NCBI GenBank assembly: GCA_964583985.1
Contig: CAZOYD010000089.1
Location: 1 to 11,466 of the forward strand
Length of the DNA stretch: 11,466 bases
Direction: 5' to 3'
From: an uncultured archaeon
GTDB taxonomy: Archaea; Asgardarchaeota; Lokiarchaeia; Sigyniarchaeales; SOKP01
Positions within the stretch are counted from its first letter, which is position 1, and the number at the start of each line of letters is the position of its first letter. The notes under the pieces are model-generated. The model was given only the letters and a program-made list of their open reading frames with translations, searched no databases and was not told the origin of the DNA. The position numbers were made by a program, and so were the translations under genes. This document shows positions 1 to 7,456 of the stretch, piece by piece.

Positions 1-2
1 CA

Positions 3-563
3 AATTTAACCGTTAAAATTTCAAATGAAGAAAACCATAGATTACTATTCATATTACCTTATGCTTTACATGCAATGAACATTTTGCGAAAAATTAATCC
101 GAAATTAGGAGAGAGAGTATTGTTATTAGGAGAAAATTTCTTTATCACTCTTTTAAAACAATTAATAAACTTATCTGGAGCAGAAGTATTTTTAAAGTCT
201 AAAAAAGTTAATATGGATATACCTTCAGAAATAAACATTGCTTTAATTTCACCCGAAGCAAATGAAAATATGGATTTTCTAAGAGAATGCAAAATTGAAA
301 GAAAATATGAGCTTAGACAATTCAATATTTATGATCGAGGATTAAATGATCCAGATTATATTAGAGGGATTAAATATCCTTATTCATATGTAAGATGGGA
401 TTATAAAAAGAATCTTGAGTATTTTGTTAATCTTATTGAAAAAGATGTGATTAATCTAGATTTCTTAGATATTATTTGTATTGAAGTTAATAATTTAGAT
501 GAGATATATAAGAATATGGATACAAGGGAAAAAAAATTAAAACTATTCAAAATCATCTTATAG
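3..563 (+). CDS. 5'-truncated, degenerate medium-chain dehydrogenase/reductase (MDR)-like protein, resembling the MDR half of the 'bi-domain oxidoreductases' of polysaccharide clusters
   Basis: The frame of the listed 75..563 ORF is open from base 3 (NLTVKISNEENHRLLFILPYALHAMNIL...), so the true start lies outside the window. 'PKLGERVLLLG' and 'YDRGLNDPDYIRGIKYPYSYVRWDYKKNLEYFVNLIEK' match the recalled bi-domain oxidoreductase pattern (P.LGE.V.V.G; YGPGRYDP.YE..G.DYP..YVRWTE.RN...F..L). Stop is TAG at 561-563. Confidence 0.7.
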   Translation, partial: NLTVKISNEENHRLLFILPYALHAMNILRKINPKLGERVLLLGENFFITLLKQLINLSGAEVFLKSKKVNMDIPSEINIALISPEANENMDFLRECKIERKYELRQFNIYDRGLNDPDYIRGIKYPYSYVRWDYKKNLEYFVNLIEKDVINLDFLDIICIEVNNLDEIYKNMDTREKKLKLFKIIL

Positions 564-587
564 AAAATAAACATTGCTAAAATCTTC

Positions 588-609
588 TTCAATTTTTAAA
601 AAAATTGAA
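588..609. terminator. Inverted repeat with T-tracts on both strands between convergent genes; candidate bidirectional terminator
   Basis: TTCAATTTTT-AA-AAAAATTGAA is a perfect 10-bp inverted repeat starting 25 nt after the stop at 563, inside a convergent intergenic region. Confidence 0.4.
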
Positions 610-647
610 TAGAATTAACGCTTATTAATATTTTAGATTTATAAATT

Positions 648-671
648 AAAAAAAAATGTCAACCATTTTTT
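648..671 (-). terminator. Candidate terminator of the FkbM gene: weak hairpin plus T9 tract
   Basis: The minus strand reads TAA-AAAATG-GTTGA-CATTTTTTTTT right at the stop codon. Arms are 651-658 and 664-671 (8 bp); the T9 tract is at 656-648. Oligo-U tracts are typical archaeal terminators. Confidence 0.5.
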
Positions 672-1497
672 AGACAAATCTGACATATATATCTCCACCT
701 AATAGAGTATCTTTTCGAGAATTTAGTTCCTTATATAATTTTTCTCCATTAACCCATTTAGGGAAAAGAAATTTTGTTTGAATTGGATTAATTGTACAGT
801 TAAATTCTACATCTCCAATCATTGAAAGATGGTTACAACATTTTTCTACGATATCCAATAATTCTTTTTGAAATTCAAATGAAATAAATTGGATTGGTTG
901 AGATAATCCTTTTATCACAAATTCCTCATAACCTTCTACATCAATCTTACAAAATTTTGGAATACCATATTGGTAAATTAATGAATCTAAAGTAGTTACC
1001 AAAACATCTTGCATTTTATTCCACTCACACATCTTAGCATGTCTAGTTTCAGTTCTAAATCTTGTTGATAGTGTTGCTTTTTGTGATTGCCCTTGTGTTT
1101 CACATAGAGCAATTTTGTCCTTTCCTATTCTATCTCCCATTGCTTTTCCAACAATTTCAACATTATTATTCTTGCCAAATAAAAAATAAAGTTTTTTTAC
1201 ACATTCTTTTTGAGGTTCGACAGCTACGACTCTTGCTCCTAATTTCAAAAACATCTCAGTGTATTCACCCTCCCAAGCTCCTATATCAAAGCACAAGTCG
1301 TTCTCTTTTAAAAATTGAGAAAAAAACTTTAATTGTTTAATTGGAATATCTATAGTCAAATGTTTAAGTTTAAGCAGAAACCATTTCAAAGGTTTATATA
1401 ATTTAATAGGTTTTAATATTTTTCGAAATATTCCTTCACTGAGAGGAATGATGAAAACTTCCAACTTTTTATATAAAATTCCAATTTGATGTTTCAA
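670..1497 (-). CDS. FkbM-family SAM-dependent methyltransferase (Methyltransf_21), probably a sugar O-methyl or methyl-ester transferase
   Basis: Motifs FDIGAWEG, VAVEP, TTLDSL, KIDVEGYE and ISFEF are diagnostic of the FkbM family. TTG start; basic-hydrophobic N-terminal extension of about 55 aa. Confidence 0.93.
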   Translation of the reverse strand: MKHQIGILYKKLEVFIIPLSEGIFRKILKPIKLYKPLKWFLLKLKHLTIDIPIKQLKFFSQFLKENDLCFDIGAWEGEYTEMFLKLGARVVAVEPQKECVKKLYFLFGKNNNVEIVGKAMGDRIGKDKIALCETQGQSQKATLSTRFRTETRHAKMCEWNKMQDVLVTTLDSLIYQYGIPKFCKIDVEGYEEFVIKGLSQPIQFISFEFQKELLDIVEKCCNHLSMIGDVEFNCTINPIQTKFLFPKWVNGEKLYKELNSRKDTLLGGDIYVRFV

Positions 1498-1520
1498 TAT
1501 TTTAACTCGATTTGAATTTT

Positions 1521-1552
1521 TTATTAATAATAAATTATTTTTGATTAATCAA
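1521..1552 (-). promoter_or_regulatory. Candidate archaeal-type BRE/TATA promoter of the FkbM gene with an adjacent 12-bp palindrome
   Basis: The minus strand reads AAAAATAA-TTTATTATTAATAA about 24-45 nt upstream of the TTG start. The perfect palindrome TTGATTAATCAA lies at 1541-1552. The AT-rich background limits specificity. Confidence 0.3.
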
Positions 1553-1589
1553 TCTTTTAATTTTTTTAAAACCTGTAATATTCCATTCT

Positions 1590-2837
1590 TTAATTTACAT
1601 TTTTCAAGATATTTATAAAATCATAATATCTTTTTTCCCATAGAAATTCATTAATAACTCTATTATATCCTTGCTTTCCCATATCAATTCTTATTTTTTC
1701 GTTGTCATATAAGTATAAAATCTTTTCAATTAGATCCTCTAAATTATTTGGTTTTACTAATAATCCTGTTTTACCATTTATAACCGCATCTCTAATTCCA
1801 CCAGAATATGACCCAATAACGGGAATTTTATAATAATTCGCTTCTAAAAACACTAACCCAAAACCTTCAATTGAATCATTTGTTGTAATTGAGGGCATGA
1901 CAAAAATATCTGATAATTTATATAATTCATTTCTAATATTATTCTCACATTCTCCAAAAAACTCTATGGTATCTTCCAATTCTAATTCTTTAGTTAAACT
2001 TTTCAAATAGTTTGTAGACGTCCCTTTACCAACTGAAAGATATTTAATATCTAAATTTGGTCGCTTTACTTTAATACTCTTTATTGCTTTAATCACCAAA
2101 TCAAATTTTTTCCTTGGAACATGCCATCCAACACTTAAAATTACAAATGTTTTATCTGAAATATTATATATTTTTCTTAATTCCTCTCTTGACGCCGTTA
2201 TTGTATAATCCTCTGGAAAAATTGCTAGAGGAAAAACTTCGACATGATGATCATCGATATTATGAATTCTTTGAAAGAAAAATTTAATTGCATTTCCTAA
2301 AACTATTACTTTATCAATATTTTTAAAATAAATAGTCTGTGGATTAAAGGTTTTATCTAAAAGCCTACTTTTTAAAAAATCATTCCCATATGTAAAAGAA
2401 ATAGCTCTTTTATTGAGTATCTTTGAAAGGAAAAATATTGTAGGGAGGGTTTTAGAAGGGAATCCCCCCACTAAAATATCGATTTTTATTTTGTTTAAAT
2501 AAGGCATTATATTGCTTATATTGTTAAAAACTATAATCAGGTTTCTTGGGTTACTCCATAAATGAAATAATATCTTTATTTTATCTTTTAACGATGTGTG
2601 TTTATCTCTAAATAATTTTTGCATTGAAAGAATAAGGTAATAAAAAAATTGTTTATTAATTTTGGAATGCTTTATGCTTACAACCAAATTGTTAAAAATT
2701 CGATTGTTTTTGTAATATGGATTGAATACATATAATTCATGATTTTTATTTTTAAATGTTTTACATAATGAATTCAAATGATGACTTATTCCACCCTTTA
2801 AAGGATAAAATGCATCTGTTATTAAAGCAATCCTCAT
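1590..2837 (-). CDS. Glycosyltransferase family 4 (GT-B fold, PimA/PimB'-like)
   Basis: N-terminal MRIALITDAFYPLKGGI; VGWHVPRKKFD; EX7E motif EGFGLVFLE; SGGIRDAVINGKTGLLV. Confidence 0.95.
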   Translation of the reverse strand: MRIALITDAFYPLKGGISHHLNSLCKTFKNKNHELYVFNPYYKNNRIFNNLVVSIKHSKINKQFFYYLILSMQKLFRDKHTSLKDKIKILFHLWSNPRNLIIVFNNISNIMPYLNKIKIDILVGGFPSKTLPTIFFLSKILNKRAISFTYGNDFLKSRLLDKTFNPQTIYFKNIDKVIVLGNAIKFFFQRIHNIDDHHVEVFPLAIFPEDYTITASREELRKIYNISDKTFVILSVGWHVPRKKFDLVIKAIKSIKVKRPNLDIKYLSVGKGTSTNYLKSLTKELELEDTIEFFGECENNIRNELYKLSDIFVMPSITTNDSIEGFGLVFLEANYYKIPVIGSYSGGIRDAVINGKTGLLVKPNNLEDLIEKILYLYDNEKIRIDMGKQGYNRVINEFLWEKRYYDFINILKNVN

Positions 2838-3011
2838 ATTAAACTATAAAATCGTAAATTAAAAATAATTTATGATATAATGTGGTAAATCAAACTAAAT
2901 CCCAAACTATTGAAATATTTATTTCATTGATTTTTAAATGATATGCAAATTTTGTAAAGTTTTAAAATAAGTTCGATTAATAATCAAAAGATTAAGTTGA
3001 TTCACAATTTT

Positions 3012-4673
3012 TTAAGAATCAATTTTTCTATAAGTCATTTTTTTAAACAGCAGTAAAAGTTTCCGGATAATATTCAATTTTTTGTTTTTTCCAAAAATAG
3101 TCACTAAGAAGTCTAATTCAGTAGAAGAAAATGTTTTTAATAATATAGTCAATAAGAAATATAACCCATAAAACGTAAGTAATGCAAGTAGCTCAAATTG
3201 ATTAAAAAATGATAAATTAAATTGCTGAGTAAAAGCATATCTCAAATTTTTATAGACAAAAATCTCTAGAACAATTCCAATTCCTAAAGAGACGAAAAAT
3301 ATGATATATTGCGAAAAGATTTTCAATAGTTTTAGTGAAACTTCCCCAATTTTGATGCAAAAATAGATTTGAATGAGAAATGTCACAAAATTAGCAAAAA
3401 TTAACCCATATATTGCTCCTACTAATCCTAGATAAAATAATCCTGTTAAAAATGAGGGAATAATTACCAATAAACAGATAATTGTGTTGATAGGAAGAAA
3501 TTTAGATTTATTTTGTGCATTTAATAATGGTAAGAAAAGATTACCTAAAACCGTGAAAATAATTGTTATTGAATAAATTTTAATTATATAAGAAAAAGTC
3601 AAGTAAGATTCTCCATATACTATCATTAGAAAGAAATCTGCTACAAATATAAGTGTACCAGTTAAGAACAATAACAAAAATAAAGAAAACTTAAAAGTGG
3701 TATTAAATACTGTATTTATTTGTGATTTTTCTTTTTTAGCTTCAAGGCTAGATAAAGAAATCGTTAATGGAGATGTAATACCGGTTAAAGCATTCGTTGA
3801 GATACTAGAATAATTTTTTGAGATGGAATAACCAGTAACTAAATCTGTCGTCTCATAGGTTCCAATCAATTGAACACGGATCTGTTTCCAAATTTCGTTC
3901 ATTAGAATGGCAATACCTAATGGGGTTCCAAATTTTGTGACATTAGAGATATTTTCCTTAAAGGTATTTTTTTCTTCTTCACTTTCTTCAATTCTATGAT
4001 ATAAATTATAAAAAAAGAAGCAACTGATAATAAAAGGAATTAATGAGGAGAGCATGTTAATAAAAGCAATCGATTCTAACATTCCTACATTAATCCATAA
4101 TAAGCAATAAATAAGAGCAAGAGTATTGAAGGAATACCGGATAATCATCAATCCTAAGATTAGTTTAAACTTAAAAAAACCTTGATATGTAGAAATTAAT
4201 ATTGTGCTCAGTCCTTCAGTAATAATAGTTGGAGCTAATATTAATAAAAGATTTGTGTGAGTTCCTAAAGTTAAAGAAAATAAGGGACTGAAAAAAATAA
4301 AGATAAGATAGCTTATAATGCCTATTATCAATGTAAATACAATCTTTATATAAATAGAATTCTTAATAACTGATTTCAATTTATTATTTTGATGTAAGGT
4401 TATATATTGTGGAATGTAATAATTCAATGAAAAACTCAATGCAGGAGGAAAAAAGGTCAAAATTAGTGAAATGATAAAAATAATCGAGGTTGCTAAGATT
4501 AGATATCCCCATAATTCTTGGGAAAGCAATCGTGCTAATAAGAAAGAAATTATAATCTGATATAAAAAAATTCCATAACTATTAAAAATGGAGAATAACG
4601 TGTTCGTTGCGAACTTTTTATGATCCTCCCGAATTTTTTCATCATTTGCATTCATTATTTTTATAACATCCAA
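3012..4673 (-). CDS. Oligosaccharide flippase (Wzx/RfbX-like, MOP superfamily)
   Basis: About 14 hydrophobic segments; N-terminal 'LLARLLSQELWG', 'VTGYSIS', 'IVYGESY' and 'LGLVGA' patterns of Polysacc_synt exporters; glycosyltransferase context. The start may be TTG 4673 or ATG 4655. Confidence 0.9.
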   Translation of the reverse strand: MDVIKIMNANDEKIREDHKKFATNTLFSIFNSYGIFLYQIIISFLLARLLSQELWGYLILATSIIFIISLILTFFPPALSFSLNYYIPQYITLHQNNKLKSVIKNSIYIKIVFTLIIGIISYLIFIFFSPLFSLTLGTHTNLLLILAPTIITEGLSTILISTYQGFFKFKLILGLMIIRYSFNTLALIYCLLWINVGMLESIAFINMLSSLIPFIISCFFFYNLYHRIEESEEEKNTFKENISNVTKFGTPLGIAILMNEIWKQIRVQLIGTYETTDLVTGYSISKNYSSISTNALTGITSPLTISLSSLEAKKEKSQINTVFNTTFKFSLFLLLFLTGTLIFVADFFLMIVYGESYLTFSYIIKIYSITIIFTVLGNLFLPLLNAQNKSKFLPINTIICLLVIIPSFLTGLFYLGLVGAIYGLIFANFVTFLIQIYFCIKIGEVSLKLLKIFSQYIIFFVSLGIGIVLEIFVYKNLRYAFTQQFNLSFFNQFELLALLTFYGLYFLLTILLKTFSSTELDFLVTIFGKNKKLNIIRKLLLLFKKMTYRKIDS

Positions 4674-4690
4674 TCAAATCATAAAGCTTG

Positions 4691-4782
4691 ATTTCTAAGT
4701 TCATTTAGAAATTAAAATCTACTATATGAAAAAGTATAGTATTATTCTTATTTTTTATTTAATTAAGATAATTAAGTAATTA
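4691..4782. promoter_or_regulatory. Divergent promoter region with two 22-bp inverted repeats and a TAATTA triple repeat
   Basis: ATTTCTAA-N6-TTAGAAAT (4691-4712); TACTATA-N8-TATAGTA (4720-4741); TAATTA at 4760, 4769 and 4777. Lies between the divergent flippase and AlkP genes. Confidence 0.35.
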
Positions 4783-4809
4783 TTTGGATTTCTTTATTAT
4801 CTTCTTACA

Positions 4810-6144
4810 ATGACAAAAGTAATCCTATTAGCCTTGGATGGTTTTAGTTGGAATTTAATTGAAGAATTAATCGAAGAAAAGAAGTTAACACACATCCAAG
4901 AACTTATCCGTCGAGGAAGTTCAGCTTATTTAATTGCAGAAGGCTTTTTAAGTTCTCCTAAAATTTTTTGTTCAATTTTCACAGGAAAGAAAGTAGAAAA
5001 ACATGGTATTAGAGATTTTTATTCAAGTGAAGATGATTTGTGTTCTGATCAAATTTGGGATATACTAAATTCTGAGGGCTTAAAAGTTGGAGCATATAGA
5101 CCCTTAAGCGTGTGGAGTGCTAAAAAATTTGATGGATATTGCATACCCAATCCCCTACTATTAAAAAAAACTACATATCCCGAAAACCTCCAATTCATTG
5201 CAGATTTAGATATTAAAGCGAGGTCAGAAAAGTATTCTTTCAAGTTTTTGGTCACTTTTTTTTGGAAACTTATTAAATTTAAATTCCCAATCTTTCCTCT
5301 CATTAAAATTCTTCGAAGGGGGTTTTTCCTTCCCTTTAAAAAAGGTTTGGAAGAACGAATGCATTTATTAAAAGAGATCGAACTCTTAATCCATACAAAT
5401 ATCTATTGCAAATTATTAAAAAAATACGATTTAGATTTTACAGTATTCTTTGACTATTCTTTCGATACTTTAAGTCATATCTACTGGAGAAGTAAAGATG
5501 AAAAATCGAAATATTACAATATCTTACCCAAAGCGTATGAAATTGTAGATAATTTCATTGGAAAAGTTAATAAAATTGCCCAAAAAAAAGATATCACTCT
5601 TATTCTGTGCTCTGATCATGGTTTTGATGAAATAGATAAGAAAAATCGTAAAAATTTTCGAACCATCAATGTTTTATATCTTTTAAGAGAACTTCAATTT
5701 TATTATGATGTTTATGGAGTTTACATGTTCATGAGCGTTGTTTTTAGATCACGGCCAAATTCAGATAGACCACTTGAGGAATTTAAAAACGCTTTGGAAT
5801 CTATAAAAGTAGAAGAAAACCAATTATTCGATGTTAAATCATATGAGAAAAAAATTATCGTCCGAATTAACGATTTTTTTGGAGAAAATAAAGATCTCAA
5901 AGTAAATTTACCAAATGGAAAGCTAATGAACTTGGACGCAATCATTGATTTTAATCCGGGACATACTGGAAGACATAGTGAACAATTTGGAGTATTTATT
6001 ATCAAGGGACCAAATATTAAAGAAGGTATTAAAATAACTAAATTTTCACATTATGATATTACTCCAACAATTCTATCATTATTTGGGTTACCCATTCCTA
6101 ATGAAATGGATGGTAGAGTATTAACAGAAATTCTAAAGAAATGA
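4810..6144 (+). CDS. Alkaline phosphatase superfamily protein (type I phosphodiesterase/nucleotide pyrophosphatase-like, COG3379 type), cytoplasmic
   Basis: Metal and nucleophile motifs are all present: LALDG (Asp10), S49-PKIFCSIFTG (Ser at the position of the NPP catalytic Thr), DTLSH, SDHG, TGRH, and the C-terminal YDITPTIL...MDGRVL. No signal peptide. Confidence 0.9.
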   Translation: MTKVILLALDGFSWNLIEELIEEKKLTHIQELIRRGSSAYLIAEGFLSSPKIFCSIFTGKKVEKHGIRDFYSSEDDLCSDQIWDILNSEGLKVGAYRPLSVWSAKKFDGYCIPNPLLLKKTTYPENLQFIADLDIKARSEKYSFKFLVTFFWKLIKFKFPIFPLIKILRRGFFLPFKKGLEERMHLLKEIELLIHTNIYCKLLKKYDLDFTVFFDYSFDTLSHIYWRSKDEKSKYYNILPKAYEIVDNFIGKVNKIAQKKDITLILCSDHGFDEIDKKNRKNFRTINVLYLLRELQFYYDVYGVYMFMSVVFRSRPNSDRPLEEFKNALESIKVEENQLFDVKSYEKKIIVRINDFFGENKDLKVNLPNGKLMNLDAIIDFNPGHTGRHSEQFGVFIIKGPNIKEGIKITKFSHYDITPTILSLFGLPIPNEMDGRVLTEILKK

Positions 6145-7413
6145 TTATTTATACAATTTATAAATTGGTCTATTAGCACCGTCAGATGTTTTATTAATCA
6201 ATGCATATTCATTGAGACATGAATTATTGATTATAAACTCTACAAATTGTTTATTGTCATAATTGAGATATGCATTTTGCATCACTTTTTCGCTTGGATC
6301 GTGAGGTTGGAAATACATGACCTTCATGTCTAATTTCCGTAAAAATTCGATTAATTTTAAATAGAGCCCTTTTTCTCTTAAAAAATGATGAAATATATTC
6401 AGAGCTAGTACAATATCAAAATCTCTTTTCTCATCCAAATCAAAAATCGATTTATTGATGATCTTGAACTTTTTTCTTTCAATATCGCGCAATTTTTTCA
6501 TGAAGTGAACATTGCTCGGTCTTACTTCAACAGCATAACAATCAAATCCAAGATCTTCAAATTTGTGGCAGAAATACGCTAAATTAGCTCCGATGTCCAA
6601 TAACGTCCCACTTTTTAACGTTAGAGCGTTTTGAATTGCGAGAAACCTTTCATCAGTGTGAGAAGATTTAAAACCCAGATCGGGATGGATCAATGGCTGG
6701 TATAATTCTCCATGCACGGATTGGAATTTTAAGAATTCATTCCTAAATTTAATCCATAACGGGTGTCTAAAAACCACCTGCACGTTTAATTTTTCCTTAT
6801 GAACAATTTTAAAAAGAGATACTTGGAAAATATCATCAAATAGTACAAACTCTCCATTTCTTCCTATAAGGACGTTAAAATGGTAATCTGATGTCGCTGA
6901 TTTATCTTTTATTAATTTTTGATGTAAATTATCCAATGAATTTAAATATGAAGTAAAATCTTGCTCAGTTGAGCAATTTAGAACTTTTAAATTATGTGGT
7001 AAAATCTCTTTAAAATGCTTATGTTCATCAATCTCCTTCCAATCCATATCATTATTGAAATGTTTTTTTATTAGCTGGAACTCTTGAGTTTCTTCAATCG
7101 GGGTCAAATTTTGAGCCAAATCCCAGTCATTTGGCAATTTCGAGATCTCATTTGATTCACGCCTGGTAAGAACAGAATGTATCCTCATTAAATCAAGTTC
7201 ATAATTGTTAGATTGGAGATCGCTGTTGTTAAATTGATCCGTATCAATTAAAAGCTCTATGAACCAGAATCTATCATAAATTTTATAAATCAAGCCTTTG
7301 AGTTTTGGAACTTTCTCAAATATTTTCCAAGCATAAAACCTAAATAAATGTTCTTTCAAATTAGGGATTTTATTCAATACCTTCCATAAAATGCTAAAAA
7401 TCTGGTTTTTCAT
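6145..7413 (-). CDS. Two-domain protein: degenerate ParB/Sulfiredoxin-like N-terminal domain plus class I SAM methyltransferase (WbdD-like)
   Basis: C-half: LLDIGANLAYF, YAVE, FDIVLALNIFHH, RPIY. N-half: DWD...EET...HF....W...LDNL...VLIGRNGE...V.V..RH..W, the pattern of an uncharacterised ParB/Srx-like domain common in glycan clusters. The methyltransferase call is firm; the subfamily and N-domain calls are less so. Confidence 0.8.
   Translation of the reverse strand: MKNQIFSILWKVLNKIPNLKEHLFRFYAWKIFEKVPKLKGLIYKIYDRFWFIELLIDTDQFNNSDLQSNNYELDLMRIHSVLTRRESNEISKLPNDWDLAQNLTPIEETQEFQLIKKHFNNDMDWKEIDEHKHFKEILPHNLKVLNCSTEQDFTSYLNSLDNLHQKLIKDKSATSDYHFNVLIGRNGEFVLFDDIFQVSLFKIVHKEKLNVQVVFRHPLWIKFRNEFLKFQSVHGELYQPLIHPDLGFKSSHTDERFLAIQNALTLKSGTLLDIGANLAYFCHKFEDLGFDCYAVEVRPSNVHFMKKLRDIERKKFKIINKSIFDLDEKRDFDIVLALNIFHHFLREKGLYLKLIEFLRKLDMKVMYFQPHDPSEKVMQNAYLNYDNKQFVEFIINNSCLNEYALINKTSDGANRPIYKLYK
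7273..7386 (-). repeat. Degenerate 2 x 57-nt (19-aa) tandem repeat at the N-terminus of the methyltransferase fusion
   Basis: WKVLNKIPNLKEHLFRFYA versus WKIFEKVPKLKGLIYKIYD: 7/19 identical and about 7 more conservative, with no gaps. Confidence 0.7.
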
Positions 7414-7456
7414 AATACAATTAGGTAAAATAATAGATTTCTAATAATTTTTATGG

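Noticed and set aside
561-599. Possible pyrrolysine/readthrough of TAG 561-563 to restore a missing Gfo/Idh/MocA domain
   Set aside because: The frame closes again after 11 codons, and the stop coincides with the natural end of the MDR domain.
1530-2873. 13-bp inverted repeat (ATAAATTATTTTT at 1530-1542 / AAAAATAATTTAT at 2861-2873) flanking the first GT4, resembling element ends
   Set aside because: Pure A/T low-complexity sequence expected by chance in these spacers; no transposase or target-site duplication.
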